A stretch of 64,000 nt of DNA from an uncultured Verrucomicrobiae bacterium (GTDB lineage Bacteria > Verrucomicrobiota > Verrucomicrobiia > Limisphaerales > UBA8199): assembly GCA_963762555.1 (NCBI GenBank), contig CAVXLO010000007.1, forward strand, positions 103,640 through 167,639, read 5' to 3'. The position numbers and the translations under genes are program-made. Each line of letters opens with the position of its first letter. The first letter of the stretch is position 1. This document shows positions 12,201 to 23,007 of the stretch, in pieces. The notes beneath the pieces are model-generated. The model was not told where the DNA came from. It saw only the letters and a program-made list of their open reading frames with translations, and searched no databases.

Positions 12201-13428
12201 GAGTCTGCCCCACCGAGAACGGCCCGGTCAACATCCCGATCGGCACGGAAAAGAGTGTCGCGGCGGGAGCCATGCCGCGAAATTCGGTGTTGGTCCCGGC
12301 ATACGGACCCGAGGGACCCGAGGCATTAGTCACCGTCAAGGATTCACCCCCGCTGCTGGCAATGATGCCGGCGACGTGCGTGCCGTGGCCGTTGGTATCT
12401 GTCAGGGCATTGGTCGAATCGCCAATGACCCGCGGGCTCAGGTCCGGGTGCGTCGCATCCACCCCCGAGTCGTTGATGTTCACCAGCACATTGGTGCCGG
12501 TCAAGCCGAGGTAGTTCGTCGTGGTGACCGTGTCGAGCGAAACCCCCACCCGCACGCGGCTGAAATCGTTCGCCGGCACCCTCATCAGGGTCCATTCCAC
12601 TTCCTGCACTCCGGGCAACCCCGCGACCGCCGCCAAACCATCCGCCGGCGGAACCACCCGCAGCACCGAGCCGAACGGGGAGCTTTGTTCATCCCCGAGG
12701 ATGCGCGCGCCCTGCTTTTCCAAAGCCGCGCGCGTCGCCGCGCTCGCATCGGCAAAGAGCAGCACGTTGAGCGCGCTGTTGTCCGGGAAGGGCGTTTGCG
12801 CCATCGCCAGTTTCAGCAAAGAAGGCTTCAGCTTGTAATAGGGTTCATACGGCAAAACCGCCTGCACGCGCGGCCCGGCCGCCAATCCTTGCGCCACCGC
12901 CGCCGAAGCGCGCACCAAATAGGCGTTGTTGGGGATATAGGAAACGATCGTCGCCCCGGCGGCTTGCAGCACCGAGCGGAAGGCATTGTCAATCGGCCCG
13001 CGCGCTTGGACCAGGTAACTGCCGGGATCGCCGTGGGCGCGCAGGTTCTCGGGGATGGCCGGCGCCGGCTGCGTGGTGTCGAGCAACGCGTTCTCGAGCA
13101 AAAGGGCGCTATCGCTATGCTCCAACTGGCGGAGCGGGGCAGCCGTGTTACTCAGGCGCAGGGCGAACCGGTTGGTGACGCTCGAGGTGTGATTCGTGAC
13201 GGAATAGGTGGTCGGCGATGAATTGAGGTTGCCCGCCTGGGTCAGAAGTCGGAAGGGTGACGGCGGGACGGACTGTGCTGCATCAGGCGCGGAGTGTGGA
13301 GCGTGGCCCGGAGGGGAGGAGGCAGCGTGTTCCCGGGCCGCCCATCGGTCCCCCAACCGCCAGAAATAGAAGGCGCCCACAAAGCACAATACGCTTACAA
13401 AAAGCCAGATCAGAGATCGGAGACGCAT
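3235..13428 (-). CDS. Giant (~3,400 aa) multidomain S8 subtilase with PPC-like, P (proprotein convertase)-like, LamG, legume-lectin-like domains and C-terminal YYRL domain
   Basis: Catalytic motifs NINDSGVDATHPDL, TNGHGTHVAGIIAS, YESGTSMAAADVSG; oxyanion region VVSAGNAG; KPDVVAPGT; LamG motifs FSIEGWINP, WQHVALTY, LDEFSVYQRALS, MDEVTAYARALT; a chain of overlapping minus-strand ORF fragments joined by frameshifts. Confidence 0.85.
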
Positions 13429-13570
13429 AAACAGGAATAGTTAAACTGGGTGACAGAACTATAGCAACAGGGGACAGAGCAACGACCGCGCGCTGGGCGG
13501 GCTGCGTGCCGCTTGGAGCACTGGGGAATGCTAGAACAGGCGCACTTCGGCCGCCGCTGGCGGCTCGTAG

Positions 13571-13968
13571 CGCGAAGCGTTTGGAGTGCGCCGTATCCCG
13601 ACTGCACCTTGCACGCAATTCCGCGCTCGGCGGCATGTTGTTCCGCAACCCCGCTAGGGGTGACCTGTTTGTAGGAACCGGCGCCCGTGATGATGCTCCC
13701 AAACCCCGTCAGGGGTGACCTGCTCCTGGGTTGCGTTGCGCATGGCCCGCCAGCCCGCTGACAGGTCACCCCTGACGGGGTTTGGGAAGCCTTGGGCGTT
13801 CGGAGCTCTATAAACAGGTCACCCCTAGCGGGGTTTACCAGCGACGCCCGCAGAAGCTGGTATATGGCAGAAACTCGTGTAAGGTGCTGGTACCCCGGCG
13901 CTTTGGCACTCGCAACACCCCTGGCCATCCAAAAGCGCCAGGATACGGCGCACTCCAAATGCTTCGCG
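13571..13968. repeat. Composite nested palindromic element (REP/BIME- or MITE-like)
   Basis: Outer 28-nt inverted repeat CGCGAAGCGTTTGGAGTGCGCCGTATCC / GGATACGGCGCACTCCAAATGCTTCGCG; inner pairs ACCCCGCTAGGGGTGACCTGTTT with its reverse complement, and AAACCCCGTCAGGGGTGACCTG with its reverse complement. Confidence 0.85.
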
Positions 13969-14456
13969 CCTTCGGGTGCGGCTGTGCCGCGCGGCTCTGA
14001 CCGCAACTGGATGCCCGATGGCCGATGGCCAACCGCCGTCCCGGCATTACCCTGGTTTTGGTCTGTTGCTGCTTTCATGTGGGTTTCGGGGCTGCCCGGC
14101 TTGACGATGTTAGGGTGGCGGGCCGCAGGCGATCGGCTTTCGCCCCGGCACCCATGAATGGCTCGGAAACAAGGCAGGCCAAAGCACACCACATATAGGG
14201 GCAAGGACACCTGGAGAACCACCAGGGGTAGTTCTCTGGGGGACGCTTTTGGCATCCCGGGCCTCAGATCGCAACGGTTGGGCTCGCCGCTGGGTTTGCG
14301 TCCAACGATGCGAATGGCACCGACGAAGAGCCGCCCCCCGCGGACGCCTCGGTCCACCCTCCGCAGTGCTGCTACGGAGGACGGGCGACGCGTCGCCACC
14401 AACCATTGGCGAATGCGCTCGTTACACGAGCGGCCCCCGCCGTCGGCGTTTGCAAC

Positions 14457-14525
14457 GATGTAACCCATGTAACCCATTTAACTCATGTAACTCATGTAAC
14501 CGAAGTAACCCATGTAACCCATGTA
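14457..14525. repeat. 9-nt tandem repeat (TAACCCATG)n, degenerate
   Basis: About 7 copies directly downstream of the stop of the PilX/GspK-like gene. Confidence 0.85.
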
Positions 14526-14538
14526 GCTTCTCTGAACC

Positions 14539-17500
14539 CTAATCCGGCGGCAGCACCGTGAAACTCTCAACCACAGGATAGAGGTTGGTGATCGCCGGCG
14601 GTGGGCCGAAAGCTGAATAGGGCCGGACCCCATCGAGGCGAACCACGGTGCGGGTGGCCGATTCGGCCACGATCTGATAGTTCGTGCAAAGCCGGTAATC
14701 CGCTCGAAACAATCGAGTGGGGCGCGGGCTTGAGGGTCTGGCCAAAGGCGTAAATCACGAATCGTGGCGTATGGTCGCACTTCAATAGCCCCAGAATCTG
14801 CTGCGGCAGCCGTTCGTAGGCCTCGTCGTTCAGGCCGTTGTTGCAAATAGCTCGGCGTGCCGATGCGGTTCAGGAAAGGCGAAGCGGTCGTCAACTCCGG
14901 CACGGCCAGGATGTCACCCAGATGGCTGAATTCATGTCGGATGTTATTGGTGGCGCGAACATCATTGATGCGTTTGACGAGTTGGACCAGCGGCGGCCAG
15001 GTGCTGGGGTCGTATGGGTCATAGATGCCGGCGGGTTGGATCACCTCGGGCTGCAGGACCGGGTTCTCGTTGGGATCATTGGTGAGCGCGATGACGCCGC
15101 TCAGCAGGGCCGACCAAGCGGCGAGATTGGTCTGGTTGATGGACATCTGGCCGCGCGTGGCATTGTCGCTCAGGGCGGTCGTAAACAGGTCCAAAATGCG
15201 CCAGTCATTTGTCGGCTGCGTAAAGCGCGCGTCGGTGTCTATGCCAATGAGTGTTCTTGGGACATAAAGCGGCATCACATTCGTGGTAAACTGGCCCAGA
15301 TTCGTCACGAGTTGACCATCGCCGCTCCACTGCTGCCAATTATGCAGCCAGATAGGGTAATTCGTCCCCGCAAATGACTTCAAATACACGGTCTGCCAGG
15401 GCGTGCCGCGATGGACGCGGCCCAGCCAGCCAATGTTCGGGAACTTGTTCGTTGGGAAATCCCAATTATCAGACAGGAGCATCAACGGGTCTTTGACGGT
15501 GAGGTCATATAAGACCGGGCTGGAGCTATGGGCGCCGCCCCCGCCCCACGGCTCATAACGCAAATTGACCTGGCCAAGATTGTCGGTGGGCTTGGGGTCG
15601 GCGACATCTACTGAAAGGTTGGTATGCACCAGGTCCATCAAGTCTCCGACGGTGTAATGCACCAACGGGTCATTCGCCTGCCACGAGGTGAGCATGTAGA
15701 TGTTTCGGGACGGTTGGAAAGGGGCATTGAAGGTGTTGGAGGTCTGCAGGTAACCCGGCTGGAACTGGCCCTTGAAGAAGGTGATGGCGGCTTATTATGC
15801 TCATGCCCGGCGGGAATTCCTGGGTTGAGGGGTTCCAGTCCGGCGAGGTGTGACCCATACTGGCCTCAATCTGGTTTTGGATGCCGTAGGTTGCGACATT
15901 GTCGGACGTCGAGTTGTTCATGCGGTTGGTGCACCACATACTGCCATTGCTGCCGCTGGATGTGTAGGGATCACCACATTGTCCGCCGTCCATGAGGGCT
16001 GCGTTGACATCCAGATCCTGTTCGGAAGCCAGGTTCACATAGTCAATGATCCGGTTCGCGGCTTTATCAATGATGGCGACCCGGACCCGCGGTTTCAACG
16101 TGACCCGCCAATGCGGCAGGTAAAAATTTGTGACTCCAGCTTTCCGTTCAAAGGTGCCGGTTAACGGGATAAAGTCCTTACCCGCCTGCGAATATGTGCT
16201 GTTTGGGAGAAACACCCAATTGGTCATCATTGGAATCCGAAAAGAGGTACTGCGGGAACGATGGATCGAACCTGGACCACGTATGGGCTGGAATGTCCAT
16301 TGGGACTTGTGAGGGCAGACGGTATCTCTGTATCAGAGGAGGGGGGTTGAGCCACGTGCCGTCGTCAGCATTGGTGATCACGACACTGACGTCGGGCCAG
16401 GCTACTACTTGGACGTCGTTGGAAAATGGAGTGCCGTAAGAATTCCAAGCCTCGGCGCCCAACACATTGGAAATACCAAGGATATACATCTCATCAATCT
16501 CATTCACCGGTGCGGTTGTGGAAGTCCCTGGCCGGTGAAATTGGAGTTTGCGCGTCACCTGCACGGTCGTCTGCATGGCGAACTCGTTGAAATTAGGCAG
16601 GCCCTTCTTGGCGCCGATGATCAGCGGAATGCCATAGACCATGTCGGAAGCTCTGCTGTCAAAGGCAGCGAAATCCCCCGGCTCGGAGAGATCGCGCACA
16701 TTGTCATATTTAGAAACGAGGTTATAGGTTTCCGCAGGGGTGACCTCGTGATAGCCGACGATGAAGATCGGATTGTTGCCGTTCTTGTCGCTGAACTCGG
16801 GGCGGAATACCGTCGGCAGGTAAGCGGTATCATTCCCAACAACATAGTCCAGACGGTTCGTCGTGGCGTCATACATGTTGGCCGCAAGCTGCAAGAGACG
16901 GTTCACGCTTGGGGTATAATAGTTGGTAGGCCAAACCTGGATATGCAGATTGGTCACGAGCACCCCGCCGACGTAATTTGTGACCAGCACGCTTGCGGCA
17001 TAGTTGGCATTCCCAGGCGCGTAGCCGGCGTTCGCCAGCAGCCGGATGGCGGCATTGGTGAAGAACAGGGCCGGCTGCCAGGGAATGAAATTGGTCTCCA
17101 TGTTCGGCACCACGTAGCCATTGTCATCCACATTGCGATAATTGAGATTCATCTTGCCGCCGGGCTCGGGGGCGGAATCGGTGCCGAGTTGGGAGAGGAG
17201 GCGGTAGAAGGTATTGCGGTCGTAAGAATCGAGTTGGTTGCCAGCGGCGACCAGACGATCTGAAAAGCTGGGGATATTGGGGCCAAGCTGTGAGGGGCGG
17301 GTCTTGGACTGGTCGAACAAATCCTGCGTGGTGTAAAAGCGGTTGGGATTAGGTGCCCCGGGCCAGGACAAGTTCACCCGGGAGTTGTAGCTGTCGGGGT
17401 CGCCGAGGCCCGCCGGCCATGCTGTGCCGAGCATCACGGGTCCGCCGGAATAGTCGTCAATAAAGTCCCCCTGGAACGTGCTGGGTCCGTTCGTAAAGAG

Positions 17501-18600
17501 AAGCCCGGCGCTAGCAAGCGAATTCCACCTGCCTCCGTAACGGTAACCCAGCAGCGCAGCCGCATCGTCAAAGGCATGTCCCGTGTTGGGTCCCGGGAAC
17601 GGGTTATCGGCTGCCGTGTAGGGATTGTAATTGTAGTTGTTGCCGACATACCAGAAGTTCGTGTTCAGGTCTGCCAGAAAGGCCGCGAGGTTGATTTCTG
17701 CCGTAAGCGCGCCCTGGTTTCGCAGGAAGCCATCAGAGGGTCTGCTGAGGTCCTGGTGCTTCGCGTCATTGTAAATGTTGTTGATGTCGAGGGTCTGGCC
17801 CACTGGCACAGCGATGTAAGCGTAGCGGGAAATGAACGGGTTGTCGGCGGAGCAGCCAAATTCCGGATAGCGCAGGACACCGATCCATTCCGGGTCGCCC
17901 ACGAAGTAATTGCTCAGCGTGTTGCCCTCCTCGGGTTGTGCTATCTCCTTCCCGGTCAGGTCGTAGTAGCCGCCCAGTGGATTGATCACCGGCTGTAACC
18001 CGCTCGGGTCATCCCGCCCGTTGCGATTCAGGTCGAGGTAGAAGCGGAATTCGTTCGAGTTGGCAAAGAGGGCGTTGGTGATAAACACCGGGGGGCGCGG
18101 GTCGTAGAGGAGGTTGGCAATGTTTTGCTCCCAATCCAACGCGCTGAACCGCAACCTGTTCGCCTTGAAATCAAAATTGACGTTGGTCGGGTTGTTGTCC
18201 CCGCTGACGAATCCATACGGGTTGATATAATTGGTAGAAACGGACAACCCGTAATTGAACTCGTTGGTCCAACCGATCATGGGGCCGATGAACTGGGCGA
18301 TGGCGCGCTCGCGGGCGGTATCCGCTGCCAGCCGGGCGGTGGCTCGGTCGGTTTCAGTGGTGACGGAGCCGTGCGGCTGCGGCTGATCACCAGGAACGCG
18401 ACCGCCATGAAAGTGATGACCGAGAGCAGCAGCAGAGTGATGACGAGGGCGACGGCACGTTCGGAGGGATGCGTGAGGCGTGATGCGTGATCCGTGATGC
18501 GTGATCCGTGATGCGTGATGCGTGAAACGTGGGGCATGGGACGCGATGCTGGCTTCAGCATTCCGCATTCTGCATTCTGCATTCTACATTCTGTCTTCAT
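14539..18600 (-). CDS. Large PilX/GspK-like minor pilin (Verru_Chthon cassette protein A-like), ~1,350 aa
   Basis: Leader then ERA/VALVITLLLLSVITFMAVAFLVISR with no Glu5, typical of PilX/GspK; GKMNLNY and GQMSINQTNLAAWSALLSG motifs; C-terminal RFVIYAFGQTLKP; start overlaps the upstream stop; frameshifted. Confidence 0.8.
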
Positions 18601-19928
18601 TGGTAGCCAAGGGGATCAACATTGCGAATGGCGATGCGCTGGCGGAACAGGTGGACGCGGCTGGCAACCTCCGGGCGCTGGAGATAAGCCAGCCGGGCGG
18701 GGCCGCTGTCAATCGAGTTGTACCTTTCCCACGCATGTTGTTCGAGGATGCCGAACTCCATCTCGACATTGGCTGGCAGCGCGTTGCTGTAGAAATACAG
18801 GCCGGTCAGGTTGTCCGGGTAGGCCGTGTTCGGCACCGTGAAGGCCTGCCGGAGCGGGGTCTCGATCAGGTAAGTCGCACCGCCGATGTTGGTCCGGATG
18901 TTGAACCAGGCGAACGTCGAGGACCCGGTGCTGAAAATGGGGTAGCCGTTGGTCGCGAAGGCGCGGAAGCGGAAGTCTATCACACCGTCGCAGATTCGGT
19001 TCGACAGACTCACTGAGGCGGGTGAGCCGGGGAAGCACGCCGCCCGGAACGCCCGATAGAGTTGGGTCGGGTCCGAAGGGAGGCCGTCGGACTGGACGAC
19101 GTTGGTCGAGGCGTAAAAGCGATAGAGGCTGCCCACACCCATCTGGTTCGGGGCGCAGTCGGGTAGCCAGGTGAGCCCGTCCGCACTGTTCGTGCGCACG
19201 GCGTAGCCGATCCCGACCCAGGTCTGGTTCTGCCGCAGCAGCATGAAGCAGTCTTCCAGCACATTGGTCCGGAAAACCGTCGTGCCAGGCAACGCCTGGG
19301 TCAAGGGGATCGAAGAGGGCACTTGGACGCAGAAGTTGAACCCGTAGGTATATTGAGGATACGGGTAGCCCGCAGGCACCATCTGTTCGAGTTCGCGCGG
19401 GAGCATCTCGGTGACCGCTCGCCCGGCCTCCAGCCGGTCCACCTGGTTCATGCTGCTGCGGAAGGCGCGCTGCACCTGGTTAAACATGGCGAACAAGCCC
19501 AAAACGATGAAGCTGAGCAGGGCAATGGTGACGAGAATTTCGACCAGGGTGAACCCGGCGCGGCGCGACGCCGGTTGCCCGGCCGGCCTGCCTGTACCGC
19601 AGAGCGGCAAAGCCGCAACCGAATTGCGCGGAGCTCGCTCCCGCTCTAGCAGGGCAGCCCGGACCGTTTCAAAGCGCCAGCAGGCTCCACGCCTCATGCG
19701 GATCTCCATCGGCCCGGTGTGCTGCCCGGACCCGCGAGCCTGTTCCCCCTCACCCCAGCCCTCTCCTCGGGGAGAGGGAGAACACTCGCCAGCCTGGCGG
19801 CGAATCCGGCGCGCCTGGACGTTTCGGGAGCAAGACTCCGCGGCACCCTCTCCCCGGGGAGAGGGCCGGGGTGAGGGGGAACCGGGCGCTTGTTGCCTGC
19901 ACGCTTGAACTGGAAATGCCGTATTCAC
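18597..19928 (-). CDS. PilW/GspJ-like minor pilin (Verru_Chthon C-like); true start may be further downstream (~19700)
   Basis: Prepilin motif RRAG/FTLVEILVTIALLSFIVLGLFAMFNQVQRAFR; C-terminal LPANVEMEFGIL. Confidence 0.85.
   Translation of the reverse strand: MNTAFPVQACRQQAPGSPSPRPSPRGEGAAESCSRNVQARRIRRQAGECSPSPRGEGWGEGEQARGSGQHTGPMEIRMRRGACWRFETVRAALLERERAPRNSVAALPLCGTGRPAGQPASRRAGFTLVEILVTIALLSFIVLGLFAMFNQVQRAFRSSMNQVDRLEAGRAVTEMLPRELEQMVPAGYPYPQYTYGFNFCVQVPSSIPLTQALPGTTVFRTNVLEDCFMLLRQNQTWVGIGYAVRTNSADGLTWLPDCAPNQMGVGSLYRFYASTNVVQSDGLPSDPTQLYRAFRAACFPGSPASVSLSNRICDGVIDFRFRAFATNGYPIFSTGSSTFAWFNIRTNIGGATYLIETPLRQAFTVPNTAYPDNLTGLYFYSNALPANVEMEFGILEQHAWERYNSIDSGPARLAYLQRPEVASRVHLFRQRIAIRNVDPLGYQ
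19742..19881. repeat. REP-like palindrome family CCCTCACCCCRGCCCTCTCC..GGGAGAGGG, copy 1
   Basis: Two inverted units; further copies at 45365-45504, 47732-47873, 58510-58650. Confidence 0.88.
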
Positions 19929-19988
19929 GAGGCTTTCATTTCATCTGGCTTTGAGGTTTGAAGTAATAGGGCGCATTCAAGGGCGCGG

Positions 19989-20888
19989 TCAGAAGCCTGT
20001 AGGTGAGTTGGTGAACGTTCCGGGTTGGAAGAAATAGAGGTTGTAGCCCAAGTCATCCCTCACCTGGAGCGAACCGCCAACCAGGGTGCGAAAGGACTGG
20101 CCGCCCTGTCCAAGCATTCCCCGGGATCTCAGGGGCCACCGGAAGGTGAGGCGCAAATCGTGCAGGTTGGCCGCCATGTTTCTGGCCGCGATCCACTGGT
20201 TCAAGCCGGTTGCGTACTCCACCGTGTTGGTCGCATAAAAGGTGTAGTTGGTCCAGCTCGGGTCGTAATAGTTCGTCCCACAGGGAACGACCTCCGAGGT
20301 CATGCGATAGCTGAAGGCGAAGTCCTGCACGTCCGGGCTGTTTTGCGGGAACTTTTCGCTGGCCGGGCCGCTCATCGAGCGGACGTAGGCCGCGACGTGG
20401 TTGCGAACGACATCGCCGTTCTCTAAAGTAACGTACTTGGGAGTGGACAGGAGCCCCACGATGCGAAAACCGTTGACCAACGGAAACGAATTGGGCCCAG
20501 AAGGAGCCGTCGGCGTGTACCAATTCGTCCAAGTCTGAACCACGCTCGTCATGTCAGATTTGTACTCGGTCACATAATTGGTGATCGCCATGACATAGTT
20601 CGTGAGGTCATCCAGGCCCTCGGCGCCGTTGCGGAGGGCGTTCATCCAAACCGTGGCGTCCTGGTTGATGACGGTCTGCTCGCGGTTGTCCTTCTGCACG
20701 TTCATGCCGATGGGCAGGACGCCGATGATCGCAACCAGCGCAAAGCCGATGATGGCCAGGCTGATGGCGATTTCGATCATGGTGAAAGCCGAGGTGAAAC
20801 GTGATGCGTGATGCGTGACGCGTGATGCGTGATCCGTGATGCGTGATTCCGCATTCTGCATTCTGCATTCTACATTCTGCATTCTCAT
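19989..20888 (-). CDS. PilV/GspI-like minor pilin (Verru_Chthon B-like)
   Basis: SA/FTMIEIAISLAIIGFALVAIIGVLPIGMNVQKDNREQTVINQ; intact ORF. Confidence 0.88.
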   Translation of the reverse strand: MRMQNVECRMQNAESRITDHASRVTHHASRFTSAFTMIEIAISLAIIGFALVAIIGVLPIGMNVQKDNREQTVINQDATVWMNALRNGAEGLDDLTNYVMAITNYVTEYKSDMTSVVQTWTNWYTPTAPSGPNSFPLVNGFRIVGLLSTPKYVTLENGDVVRNHVAAYVRSMSGPASEKFPQNSPDVQDFAFSYRMTSEVVPCGTNYYDPSWTNYTFYATNTVEYATGLNQWIAARNMAANLHDLRLTFRWPLRSRGMLGQGGQSFRTLVGGSLQVRDDLGYNLYFFQPGTFTNSPTGF

Positions 20889-21870
20889 TGCACGCTCCTG
20901 TGCTCGACACGGGCACGGCCTGTCAGGCGGTCAATCTAGACCAGGCTGTAGTTGTCGGTGGTGTTGCCGGGCGGCCGCTCGATGACCTGGGCCGTCTGCC
21001 GGGGGTCTGATTTGCCGTAGCTGACGCTGCCCTCGGTGACCGGGATCAGCTCCGGCTGGCCGCTGACGCCGGATACCAGCGAGCCCATACCATCAAAGGC
21101 GATGTAAGGCAGGGCGACATAAGGCCGCGTTGGGGAAGCCGGCAGGGTTGTCTCGGAAGGGAACGGCACATTGGTGGTGTAATTGAAGCCGAAAACCTGG
21201 TAGGCGAGCACCCCGTTGGTGTAGATGTTGAGCACCGGCGTCGGGTTGGCAGGATTAAAAGGGGTGAACTTTTGCAGCGAGATATAGGCGCCTTGGGGAA
21301 AGGTCCGCCAGGAGGACAAATAGCGGGGCGTGTGGACAGCCGGTTGGTCGCCCACGCTCCGCAGGCAGACATAGGCGTATGCCATCAGTTGCTTGGTGTA
21401 CAGGTTGTCGCCACGCTCTTATCGTCGGCGGTCCAGGCACTAAAGTTGTAAGCAGGATCGTTCCAAAAGTTGGTGGGCAGGAAAACCATATAGACGGTCG
21501 TGCGCTGGCTGAGGGCGAGTTGGCGGGCGCGCCCCACCGCATCGAGCAACTCCCGCGTGGTGGCCACCTTGGCGTTGGGCTTAAGCCCCCGCAGCGTCGG
21601 CAACGCAAGGGCGGCCAGAATCCCCATGATGGCGATGACCATCAGCAACTCGAGGAGGGTGAAGGCCACCAGCCCGGGGCGAACGAGGAAATTCGAGGCG
21701 CGATGTGGAACATCGGCCATTGGATGTTGGATGTTGGATGTTGGATGTTGGATGTTGATCTCTGAACACTGGATGCGGCCTCTCACCTCCGGGCGGGCTG
21801 CTGCCGGGACCCAGGCGGCGGCTGGGCCGGCAAAAGATTCCGGCTTCGCTATTAATCGGTGGGTCTTCAC
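20885..21870 (-). CDS. FimU/GspH-like minor pilin (Verru_Chthon D-like)
   Basis: VA/FTLLELLMVIAIMGILAALALP...LLDAVGRARQLALSQRTTVYMVF; tail IDRLTGRARV; one frameshift near 21390 and an in-frame TAG at 20936-20938; stop overlaps next ATG. Confidence 0.82.
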
Positions 21871-21875
21871 AGGCG

Positions 21876-22760
21876 CTACTTCCAGCTCACGATATTATCC
21901 TTGTTGGCTCCCTGGTTGGCCGGGGCGCTCGGGTCAATCAGCTTGTCCGGGCCGGGGGACCAGACCATCACCGGGGCATTGGCTTCATAAATGGTGTTGC
22001 CGGCAACCACCTTCGGGATCAGGCCGTTGAGCCCCCGCTTGACTGTTGCGGGATCGCTCTTATCCGCTGAGACATCGATGTTACGGTAAAAGAAATCGCG
22101 CGCCTTATCATCGTAGTTGAGGTCAATCGTGATGATGTAAGGGTTGCCCCAGGGATCGCGGTAGGTGCCGTCCTGGCCCACTCCCGGCGACTTGTTGTCG
22201 CTGGCCATAGTGGCATTCAGGTAGTGGGTCTTTTGGGGATTCTTGACGTGGTCCTTGTTGACGGTCGGCACGGTGGGCGAATTGGGCCAATATTCCACGT
22301 CCATGAGAATGGCCATCACCTCGGCGTTGTTCGTCTGGTATGGCTTGCTAACATCGGGCTCGTTGCTGGTAATAGACACGTAGCCGCCCGGCGTGCTGAA
22401 ACCGGCCTCGTAGGCATTGGGCCCACCCGGGCCAACGCAAATGAGGCCCGCTGTGCCATAGGTGAAGTCCTCCGGACCGCCCGACCCCGGCGGGACTCCC
22501 GACGCCGCGTCCCTCGCGCCGTTGGAGACGGGGAACTTGCTGTAATCGGCCTCGTACGTATGGATGGCGTTGGCGATCTGGCTCGCTTCCAATTGCGCCT
22601 TTTTCACCTGCGCCTTGACCTTGACCCGGGCCAGGACCGGCAGGAGCAGGGCGGCCAGGATCGCGATGATGCTGATCACGACGAGCAATTCGATCAGGGT
22701 GAAGCCCCTGGTGGCACGGGGAGAGGTTCTGTGCTGGTACTTCATAAGAGTGGAGGGCAT
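21876..22760 (-). CDS. Type IV pilin / GspG-like pilin
   Basis: RG/FTLIELLVVISIIAILAALLLPVL; YRDPWGNPYII; VWSPGPDK; DNIVSW. Confidence 0.92.
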   Translation of the reverse strand: MPSTLMKYQHRTSPRATRGFTLIELLVVISIIAILAALLLPVLARVKVKAQVKKAQLEASQIANAIHTYEADYSKFPVSNGARDAASGVPPGSGGPEDFTYGTAGLICVGPGGPNAYEAGFSTPGGYVSITSNEPDVSKPYQTNNAEVMAILMDVEYWPNSPTVPTVNKDHVKNPQKTHYLNATMASDNKSPGVGQDGTYRDPWGNPYIITIDLNYDDKARDFFYRNIDVSADKSDPATVKRGLNGLIPKVVAGNTIYEANAPVMVWSPGPDKLIDPSAPANQGANKDNIVSWK

Positions 22761-23007
22761 GACGGGTGAGACGTGAAACGTGATGCGTGATGCGTGATGC
22801 GTGAAATGCGGGAGGTGCGGTGCAGGCGGCGGGCAAGGGGGCCGAACTGGACTGGGGGTGCCAGGGTTACGGAACGGCGCCGGGCGCCGGGATGGCCGCT
22901 AAGGACAGTGATTCGCGGAAGCCAGCCGTAATCCTGCCAGAGCACAGGAACCTGCCTGGCGGAGGCGGCCAGTGTGCCGATCGGGCCTTTAAAAAGAATT
23001 GGCATGG

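Noticed and set aside
12088-13221. Long plus-strand ORFs opposite real genes (also 41685-42830, 45757-47055, 38643-39677)
   Set aside because: Antisense shadow ORFs expected in high-GC coding DNA
13410-14477. 355-aa ORF between the pilin cassette and the protease
   Set aside because: Runs through palindromic and tandem repeats, giving low-complexity sequence with no recognisable domain
13571-14525. CRISPR array
   Set aside because: Repeats are inverted or short tandem units with no regular repeat-spacer period; no cas genes
20936-20938. In-frame TAG in the GspH-like gene as amber recoding
   Set aside because: Single case one base away from a Tyr codon in error-rich sequence; other genes use TAG as a normal stop
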